The notes under the pieces: model-generated
What the model was told of the DNA's origin: nothing
Seen by the model: only the letters and a program-made list of their open reading frames with translations
Database searches by the model: none
Origin: Dehalococcoidia bacterium
Lineage (GTDB): Bacteria > Chloroflexota > Dehalococcoidia > SM23-28-2 > RBG-16-64-32
NCBI GenBank assembly: GCA_963665775.2
Contig: CAXXTF010000002.1
Coordinates: 704,001-768,000 of the forward strand
DNA length: 64,000 nucleotides
Reading direction: 5' to 3'
Position numbers and translations under genes: made by a program
Shown here: in pieces, positions 17,822-29,291 of the stretch
Layout of the letters: the number at the start of each line of letters is the position of its first letter
How positions within the stretch are numbered: position 1 is the stretch's first letter

Positions 17822-18541
17822 TTAGGATTCCCGCGCCCGATCCGCGCGAAGCTCCTTCCGCTGCACCCAGCGCATCTCCGCCGGCGTAACCACCAGCACA
17901 TCGACCGGCCCGCCCACGGAAGGGAACCGCGGCTCGAACCGCATCGTCTCAATGGTGGTGCGGATCAGGTGGACGGAGTAGTCCACGGCATCCTGTAACG
18001 GCATCGCCGCAAAGAGGGGTAGGTGGCTCTGGTCGATCAGCCGGTTCGCCACCATGATCTCGCCGCTACGCAGAATCCCGTACTGCACCTTCCCCTCCTC
18101 GTTCACGTTGACCCGTCGCACTCCGGCCTCCCTCGTGGTGTGCCCGACGAAGACGTAAGGGACCCTGATCCGGCCCTCCAGACGGTAACCGGCCATATGG
18201 AACCCCACGCTGACCTTGGGGAAGTTCCCCTGAAAATACGCCAGGAACTTCTCCCCGGCGGAGATCACATCGTCGTCCTCGCTGATCGCCTCCTCCTCGA
18301 AGCGACGCACGTGGCTGTCCACCGGCTGGTTGTTGATTACCCCGGCGTCGTAAGCACTCACCCCCACCCCGATGCTCTCCAGCGCCACCACCTTATAGGC
18401 GTTATCCGAAAGCACAAGCTGCTGCTGCACCCGTGTCTTCTGCTCTCCCTCGGTCCGCTCCTCGGAGCGCAGCACCGTCATCCGTGAGTCGGCGGTCAGG
18501 ACGATACCGCTGGGAACGTACACTGTTACCACTAACGACAT
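17822..18541 (-). CDS. Proteasome beta-subunit-like Ntn-hydrolase fold protein
   Basis: MSLVVTV..SGIVLTADSR, K near position 50, MPLQDAVD..TTI, SVGGPVDVLVVT. Confidence 0.7.
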   Translation of the reverse strand: MSLVVTVYVPSGIVLTADSRMTVLRSEERTEGEQKTRVQQQLVLSDNAYKVVALESIGVGVSAYDAGVINNQPVDSHVRRFEEEAISEDDDVISAGEKFLAYFQGNFPKVSVGFHMAGYRLEGRIRVPYVFVGHTTREAGVRRVNVNEEGKVQYGILRSGEIMVANRLIDQSHLPLFAAMPLQDAVDYSVHLIRTTIETMRFEPRFPSVGGPVDVLVVTPAEMRWVQRKELRADRARES

Positions 18542-18660
18542 CTTGGAACCTCACCCGCATCCTAGCCGATTGGCCATCGCCCGCCAAGCCAGCGAGCCGA
18601 GTCTGCGCCTGCGTTATAATAGGAGCGGCCCCCACTGAGGGTTCGGAGCCGACTACCTGA

Positions 18661-19983
18661 ATGTCGATACCATATACGAATAGCGCAACTGCCCTCGCCT
18701 CACAGCAAGAGGCGAGCCAGCTAAGTGGCATAGGCCACGAACTGGCGATCGTCATCCTCGCCGTTAGCATACTCGCCTACGCCCTGGTTAACAGCGTGGA
18801 GATCGCCATCGTCGCCGTGAACCGCATTCGCGTCCGGCACCTCGTCGAAAGCGGCAGCCTGGCCGCCAGGGCCATCCAGCGGCTCCAGGAACGCCAGGAG
18901 CGCTTCTTCGCCTTCATCGTCCTGTTGCAGAACCTCTCCGTGGTCACCGCCTCCGCCATGGGCAGCCTCCTGGCCATCGACACGGTAGGCGGCGTCGAAG
19001 GCTTCATCCTGGGCGCCGTGGTGATGACCATCGGCATCGCCCTCCTGGGCGAAATTACACCCAAGATCCTCGCCGCCCACGCCGGCGAGCGCTACCCGCT
19101 GCTGGTCGCCCGGCCGGTGGAGATACTGATGCAGCTCTTCAACCCGCTGGTGATCGTGTTAGCCGCCGCCCCCACCTTCCTCTCCCGGCTCCTGTTCGGG
19201 TCCAACACCGGCCTCAGCCAAACCGTCAGCGAGGCCGAGCTTCGAATGCTCATCGACATCGCCGCCGAAGAACGCATGGTGGAGGAGCACGAGGCCGAGC
19301 TCCTGGACCGCGTATTCCGCTTCGGCGACCGCCGCGCAAACGAGGTGATGATCCCCCGCACCGAGATCGTCTGGCTGGCGAGGGGAACCATCGTTGGCGA
19401 CTTCTATAAGACCTTCGCCGGCACCCCTCACTCACGCTTCCCCGTGTTCGAGCAGACCCCGGACAACGTGGTCGGCGTAGTGGGGATAAAGGATGTCCTG
19501 CGAGGCCTCGCCGAGGGGCAGATCGAGAGTGACTCCGCAATCGACTGGGCGATGCGGCCGACCCTCTTCGTCCCCGAGACGAAGTTCGTCGGCGCCCTCT
19601 TCTCCGAGATGCAGCGAAGCGGCCACCAGCTGGCCATTATCGTTGACGAATACGGTGGCACCGCCGGCTTAGTCACCCTGGAGATGCTCCTGGAGGAGAT
19701 CGTGGGCTCCGTCAGCGACGAGCTTCGCCGCCACGAGGAGGAGTTCGTCACCGTGGACGAGCGCACCTTCCGCATCGACGCCGGCATGGCGATCCATGAC
19801 GTGAACGAGGAGCTGGAGCTGGCCTTGCCGGCGGGCGATTATGAGACGGTGGCCGGGTTTGTCCTCAGCCAGATGGGCCACATCCCCAAGGAGGGCGAGC
19901 AGTTCACGTTCAACGGCCTGCGCATCGCCATCACACAGGTAGACGGCCGCAAGGTAGAGGAAGTCACCGTCACTCGCCTGTAG
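18661..19983 (+). CDS. HlyC/CorC (CNNM) family transporter with CBS pair
   Basis: DUF21 TM region (GEITPK), VMIPRTE, HSRFPV, VDEYGGTAGLVT, CorC C-terminal domain. Confidence 0.93.
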   Translation: MSIPYTNSATALASQQEASQLSGIGHELAIVILAVSILAYALVNSVEIAIVAVNRIRVRHLVESGSLAARAIQRLQERQERFFAFIVLLQNLSVVTASAMGSLLAIDTVGGVEGFILGAVVMTIGIALLGEITPKILAAHAGERYPLLVARPVEILMQLFNPLVIVLAAAPTFLSRLLFGSNTGLSQTVSEAELRMLIDIAAEERMVEEHEAELLDRVFRFGDRRANEVMIPRTEIVWLARGTIVGDFYKTFAGTPHSRFPVFEQTPDNVVGVVGIKDVLRGLAEGQIESDSAIDWAMRPTLFVPETKFVGALFSEMQRSGHQLAIIVDEYGGTAGLVTLEMLLEEIVGSVSDELRRHEEEFVTVDERTFRIDAGMAIHDVNEELELALPAGDYETVAGFVLSQMGHIPKEGEQFTFNGLRIAITQVDGRKVEEVTVTRL

Positions 19984-20058
19984 GGGAGGCCCCACCTCGT
20001 CGACAAACGAACGACAGGTGGACATTCTCGCCGCGGCCGAACCGCCCACCGCCAGCTC

Positions 20059-20760
20059 ATGAAAGCACAGCGCCTGCGCCTCCGCTACCGCGTCCCGGCC
20101 CACGCCTCCGCCCTCACCAACCGCCAGCTCATGCAGGCTTGGCAGGAGGCGGCCGAGTCTGCCGCCCTTCCCCTCGCCTACTCCCAGGCCAAGCGCGCCA
20201 CGCCGCAGATCTCCATCGCCGCACCGCTCCCCCTTGGCGTGACCTCCGATGGCGAACTGGCGGACATCTTCCTGGCGGAGCGGGTGGAGCCCCGCGACGT
20301 CCCGATGCGCCTCTCCCAGACCCTACCCCACGGTCTGGAAGCCCTCGCCGCCTGGGAGGTGGGGCTGACGGCGCCCTCCCTCCAATCTCAGCTCCGCTGG
20401 GCTGAGTACGAGGTGGACGTGCCCACCGGTGGCCTGAGCCCGGACGATGCGCGGCTCGCCATCGACCGCCTCCTGGAGGCGCGGACCTTCCCTTGGGAGC
20501 AGCGCCGGGAGACCAAGGTCCGCCGCTATGACCTGCGCCCCCTCATCCTGGATCTGTGCTTGAATGGGGAGGGCGAAGGTCATCTCCAGCTCGCTATGCG
20601 CCTGCGGGCCGAACAGGAGATGACCGGCCGCGCCGATCAGGTCGTGGCGGCGCTGGCCCTTCCCCAACCGGCACGCATCCATCGCCGCCTTCTCTACCTA
20701 GAGGAGACCTCGCCGGCCGTCCTCGCCTACCGTCGCCTGGGCCAGCCCGACCTCGGCTAG
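20059..20760 (+). CDS. TIGR03936/DUF2344 radical SAM-associated protein
   Basis: QRLRLRY, LPLAYSQ..PQISIAAPLPLGVTS.GE, YDLRPLI. Confidence 0.8.
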   Translation: MKAQRLRLRYRVPAHASALTNRQLMQAWQEAAESAALPLAYSQAKRATPQISIAAPLPLGVTSDGELADIFLAERVEPRDVPMRLSQTLPHGLEALAAWEVGLTAPSLQSQLRWAEYEVDVPTGGLSPDDARLAIDRLLEARTFPWEQRRETKVRRYDLRPLILDLCLNGEGEGHLQLAMRLRAEQEMTGRADQVVAALALPQPARIHRRLLYLEETSPAVLAYRRLGQPDLG

Positions 20761-20795
20761 TCGACGGGACGGGCTGCTTCTCGTATCCTGTCCCC

Positions 20796-21410
20796 GTGCG
20801 CCTCTTCCTGATCCGCCACGGGGAGACCGAGTCCAACCGCCTGGGCCTCGCCCTGGGCCGCGCTGATATCCCCCTCAACGAACGCGGCCGCTGGCAGGCC
20901 CAGCGGCTAGCCCGCGCCCTGGCCCCTGAAACCTTCGCCGCCATCTACTCCAGCCCCCTCTCCCGTGCCAGGAACACCGCCCACCCCATCGCCCAGCGGC
21001 ACGGCCTCACAGTTCAGGTCGAGGCCGGCCTCATGGAGATGGACATCGGCGACACCGAGGGGCTCCCTTTTGCCGATGTCCGCACCCGCTTTCCCGGCCT
21101 CCTGGAGAGATGGACCGGTCCGGACGGGCCCGCCCAGCCCATGCCTGGCGGCGAGCGCCTCATCGATGTGCAGGCACGCGCCTGGCAGAGCATCCAGGCG
21201 ATAACCTCTCGTCACCCAGAGGAGGCGGCCTGCGCCGTAACCCACAACTTCGTCATCCTCTCCATCCTCACCCGTGTCCTGGATATCGACCTGGCCGACT
21301 TCAGGCAGCTGCGCCACTCCGTCGGGGCCATCAGCGTATTAGAATTCCGACCGGAGGGCGCCCGCGTCCTGAGGCTGAACGACACCTGTCACCTGGACAC
21401 CGCGGACTAA
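20796..21410 (+). CDS. Histidine phosphatase (PGM-like) family protein
   Basis: LIRHGET, SSPLSRA, EMDIG..EG, PGGE, VTH, LNDTCHL. Confidence 0.9.
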   Translation: MRLFLIRHGETESNRLGLALGRADIPLNERGRWQAQRLARALAPETFAAIYSSPLSRARNTAHPIAQRHGLTVQVEAGLMEMDIGDTEGLPFADVRTRFPGLLERWTGPDGPAQPMPGGERLIDVQARAWQSIQAITSRHPEEAACAVTHNFVILSILTRVLDIDLADFRQLRHSVGAISVLEFRPEGARVLRLNDTCHLDTAD

Positions 21411-21489
21411 CCTCTTCTCAGGCTAGACGTTCTTACCTATTGCCCAAGCAGCCGTCTCGTGATACCATACCGACGAACTAAAGGAGCAC

Positions 21490-21849
21490 GTGTCTAAGCC
21501 CTTACCGAAAGTCTCTACGGCCCACCTGATTCTGGTGGCGACGGCCCTTGTGGTCGTCTACTTCCTGACAGCCGGCACCCTCAACCTCATCCGCTCCCAG
21601 CAGCTCCGGCAACAGGAGAGCGGCCTGGAGGCCGATATACAGCAGATACAGCAACACTACCAACGGCTGCAAGACCTGCGGCTGTACCTGAGCTCCGACC
21701 AGTACATCGAGACTATCGCCCGCCAGCAACTGGGCCTCGTGCAGGAAGGCGAGAGCGGCTTCGTCATCATCTCCACTCTCCCCGCACCCACACCCGCCCC
21801 CGGCGAGGAGGCTGAGCCGGAGCTCTGGTGGGACGTCATCACCCGCTGA
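21490..21849 (+). CDS. Septum formation initiator (FtsB/DivIC family)
   Basis: TM helix, coiled coil, YIETIARQQLGLV..GE. Confidence 0.85.
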   Translation: MSKPLPKVSTAHLILVATALVVVYFLTAGTLNLIRSQQLRQQESGLEADIQQIQQHYQRLQDLRLYLSSDQYIETIARQQLGLVQEGESGFVIISTLPAPTPAPGEEAEPELWWDVITR

Positions 21850-21903
21850 GGTAGACCCAAACGCGATACAATCAGGGCGACGGTCTCATCGTCCTGATCT
21901 GCC

Positions 21904-23370
21904 ATGCCCGAGCCTGAATCGCAGCCGCCCCCTCTCGATAGCCCCCCTGACACCCCCTTCCCGGAGGCCCTGTCACGGCGCCTCCTGGCGTTCATCCGTG
22001 CCCGCGACATCCTCAGGGGCGGCGAGCACATCCTCGTCGCCGTCTCCGGCGGCCCCGATTCCACCGCCCTCCTCCTCCTCCTGGCCGGCCTCCGCCCCCA
22101 CCTCGACATCACGCTCACCGTGGCCCACTTCGACCACCTGCTACGCTCCCGTCGAGAGGCTGCCCAGGATCGGGCCTTCGTCCGAACCCTGGCCGAGTCC
22201 CAAGCCATCCCCATCGTCTGTGGCCGTGGCGATGTCGCCGCCCGAGCCAGGCGCGCCCACGAATCCCTGGAGGAAGCGGCCCGCCGCCTCCGCTACAACT
22301 TCCTCGGACAGCGGGCCAAACGCATCGCTGCCGATCTGGTCGCCCTGGGCCATACCCGAGACGATCGTGCCGAGAGCGTCCTTCTCCACCTGCTGCGGGG
22401 CAGCGGCCTGGACGGCCTCGTCGGCATGCGGCCACTCTCCCCCTGGCCCTTCGGCCGCGGCCCAGCCGTCGCCCGACCCCTTCTCGCCCTGACCCATAGC
22501 GACACCGAGCGCTACTGCCGCGAGGCCGGCGTCACACCCCGCCGGGACCCCACCAACGACCTCCCTGACGCCACCCGCAACCGCCTCCGCCTGGAGATCC
22601 TACCCCATCTGCGCCGGATAAACCCCCGCGTCGAGGAGGCCCTGGACCGACTGGCCGAGGCCACCGCCACAGATGTCGATTACCTTGAGGAAGCGACGGC
22701 TGCCGCCTGGGACCGCCTCGCCCAGCGAGAGAGGGTGGGGGTTCGATTCCCGCGCGATGAGATCGCCGCCCTCCCCCCGGCCCTCACCGTCCGGCTCATC
22801 CGCCGCGCCGCTGCCCTCCTCTCCAGCGGCCCCGCCAACCTGGAGATGAGCCACATCCGGGCCGTCCTGGCAACCCTGAACCGCCGTCGCGGACTCGTCT
22901 CCCTACCCCAGAACCTCAGCGCCACCCTGGATTCCCGCTACCTCCGCATCATCAAGGGGAAGCCCCTGCCCCAGCCCGGACTCCCTGAGACGGCGCTACC
23001 AGTGCCCGGTCGCACACGCGTCGGGCCCTGGTACGTGGAGACAGAGATCGTCTCCGCCCCGGCCCTGCCACAGAACGCCGCCAGCCTAGAGGCCTTCCTG
23101 GACGCGGACGCTGTCGCCGCCGGCCTCTCCGTACGCTCCCGGCGGCCGGGGGACCGGCTACGGCCCCTGGGCCTGGGTGGCGAGAAGAAGCTGCAGGACA
23201 TCCTGGTAGACGCCAAGGTACCGTTAGAGCAACGCAGCACCGTGCCGCTCGTCTGCGCGGAGTGGGGCATCGCCTGGATCGTCGGCCACCGGCTCGACCA
23301 GCGGGCCGCCATCACCCCTGCCACGCGCCAGGCCGTTCACCTGCGCTTCCGGCCTCTCAGGGGGCATTGA
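21904..23370 (+). CDS. tilS: tRNA(Ile)-lysidine synthetase
   Basis: AVSGGPDS, EEAARRLRY, GHTRDD, RNRLR, C-terminal RRPGDRL..KKLQD. Confidence 0.95.
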   Translation: MPEPESQPPPLDSPPDTPFPEALSRRLLAFIRARDILRGGEHILVAVSGGPDSTALLLLLAGLRPHLDITLTVAHFDHLLRSRREAAQDRAFVRTLAESQAIPIVCGRGDVAARARRAHESLEEAARRLRYNFLGQRAKRIAADLVALGHTRDDRAESVLLHLLRGSGLDGLVGMRPLSPWPFGRGPAVARPLLALTHSDTERYCREAGVTPRRDPTNDLPDATRNRLRLEILPHLRRINPRVEEALDRLAEATATDVDYLEEATAAAWDRLAQRERVGVRFPRDEIAALPPALTVRLIRRAAALLSSGPANLEMSHIRAVLATLNRRRGLVSLPQNLSATLDSRYLRIIKGKPLPQPGLPETALPVPGRTRVGPWYVETEIVSAPALPQNAASLEAFLDADAVAAGLSVRSRRPGDRLRPLGLGGEKKLQDILVDAKVPLEQRSTVPLVCAEWGIAWIVGHRLDQRAAITPATRQAVHLRFRPLRGH

Positions 23371-23395
23371 CATGCCGCCCGGGCAGTAGTATAAA
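23367..23395 (+). promoter_or_regulatory. rRNA operon sigma70-type promoter
   Basis: TTGACA-17 nt-TATAAA overlapping the tilS stop; boxA-like GCTCTTTAATAA at 23411. Confidence 0.8.
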
Positions 23396-23566
23396 AGGTA
23401 GGACAACAGCGCTCTTTAATAAGTTTGCGAAGGCGCCCGTCGATTCGGCGGAAGAGTTGAGGAGACCGGTGGTTTGTGTTGTTGTCTTTCTGTACCTTAA
23501 CAGCTGAATAGTGGAAGGAAGTGCGAGGCTCTAGTCTATATAGGCTAGGTGAAAACACGAAATCTT

Positions 23567-25066
<1,500 letters not shown>

Positions 25067-25255
25067 TAGGGAGATGCACACACGGGCCTTTACAGGCCTC
25101 GTCACCTCCTAGGTCGGCCCCCGAACTTAGTTCGGGGACAAGCATGAAAAAACTGCCAAGCACTTCCTTCCGCTATCCAGCCGTTAAGGTACCTTTGCGT
25201 CTGTCACAACCGGCGCACCTGAGATCGCAATAACGTACAGGGGAACGCTCCCGCG

Positions 25256-25381
25256 ATGAGGTATCGACGTTGGCCGGAGCCACTGCTCACCGAGGAAGCC
25301 CAGGAGCAAGTGGACTACCTCTACGACGCTGCCAGGCAGATGCAAGCGCAACCCGACAAAGCTAAGAAGACGTTGGAGTAG
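25256..25381 (+). CDS. Putative 41-aa ORF inside the 16S-tRNA spacer
   Basis: MRYRRWPEPLLTEEAQEQVDYLYDAARQMQAQPDKAKKTLE; AGGGGA upstream; coding-like codons. Confidence 0.35.
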   Translation: MRYRRWPEPLLTEEAQEQVDYLYDAARQMQAQPDKAKKTLE

Positions 25382-25434
25382 ATAACCTCGGCGCTCTGCC
25401 GCCGCCACACCTAGTGAACAGCGATCAGACAATC

Positions 25435-25511
25435 GGGCGATTAGCTCAGCTGGTTAGAGCGCGGTCCTGATAAGGCCGAGGTCGGTGGTTCGAGTCCACC
25501 ATCGCCCACCA
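25435..25511 (+). tRNA. tRNA-Ile(GAT)
   Basis: Cloverleaf, anticodon arm CGGTC-CT-GAT-AA-GGCCG, encoded CCA. Confidence 0.97.
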
Positions 25512-25525
25512 CACCACAAGCCAGA

Positions 25526-25601
25526 GGGGCCGTAGCTCAGTTGGGAGAGCGCCGCCTTTGCAAGGCGGATGTCGGGGGTTCGAGTCCCCCCGGCTCCACC
25601 A
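25526..25601 (+). tRNA. tRNA-Ala(TGC)
   Basis: Cloverleaf, CCGCC-TT-TGC-AA-GGCGG, G3:U70 pair, CCA. Confidence 0.97.
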
Positions 25602-25606
25602 GAACC

Positions 25607-25635
25607 TTGACAGCCGCGGGTGGTAAGGGTATAAA
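25607..25635 (+). promoter_or_regulatory. Putative internal promoter upstream of 23S rRNA
   Basis: TTGACA-17 nt-TATAAA, same hexamers and spacing as the 16S promoter. Confidence 0.6.
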
Positions 25636-25824
25636 GAGTATGTTAATGACCCTCCACGACACTGGCTAGCTCCAGCTCCGACTGAGGCCCTCGGCGAATC
25701 GGCCTGCATCAGGCCGATTTCTCATGAGTGCGAAGTTGTCGTGAGGAACCACGCAGCTTAACAAACGAATAGAGAGATGACCTGAGGGATCCCAAGAACC
25801 GCGTTGTGGCGGTAATGGAGTGGT

Positions 25825-28832
<3,008 letters not shown>

Positions 28833-28885
28833 ACCACTCCATTACCCCCACAACACCCTCAACCATCTCTCTATTCGTCGCCCAT

Positions 28886-28960
28886 CGCGGGGTGGAGCAG
28901 CGGCAGCTCGCCGGGCTCATAACCCGGAGGTCGTGGGTTCGAGTCCCACCCCCGCTACCA
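28886..28960 (+). tRNA. Initiator tRNA-fMet(CAT)
   Basis: CGCGGGG..CCCCGCT-A-CCA with C1:U72 mismatch; anticodon stem CCGGG/CCCGG with three consecutive G-C pairs. Confidence 0.93.
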
Positions 28961-28970
28961 CCAAAAACAC

Positions 28971-29030
28971 GGTCGGCAAGCTGAGAGACCATGAGGCTGC
29001 GATCCAGCCTCCAACCTCCAGCTTCCGACC
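28971..29030. repeat. Hairpin containing four tandem heptamers
   Basis: TCCAGCC TCCAACC TCCAGCT TCCGACC (29003-29030), partly complementary to 28971-28999. Confidence 0.6.
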
Positions 29031-29051
29031 CTCCCAATTGGCGATAAAGGC

Positions 29052-29169
29052 TCCTGGTGGCCAGAGCGAGGCGGCCCCACCCGTTCCCATCCCGAACACG
29101 GAAGTGAAACGCCTCAGCGCCGACGATACTGCCCGGGCAACTGGGTGTGGAAAATAGGCCGCTGCCAGG
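29052..29169 (+). rRNA. rrf: 5S rRNA
   Basis: CCTGGTGGC..CCCATCCCGAACACGGAAGTGAAAC..GCTGCCAGG; followed by GCCTTTTT. Confidence 0.97.
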
Positions 29170-29291
29170 GGCCTTTTTCTCTACCCCATTCCCCTTCACT
29201 ACCTCCTCCCCTATCCCCCTAGAAGCGTTCTGCTATAATGGACACCGGAAGCTCGCGAGGGCTGAACCCATCCCGACTGGAGGTAGCGCAC

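Noticed and set aside
18661-19983. Hemolysin-labelled families (HlyC/CorC here, TlyA at 57042-57797) as virulence factors
   Set aside because: These are a housekeeping cation transporter and an rRNA methyltransferase family
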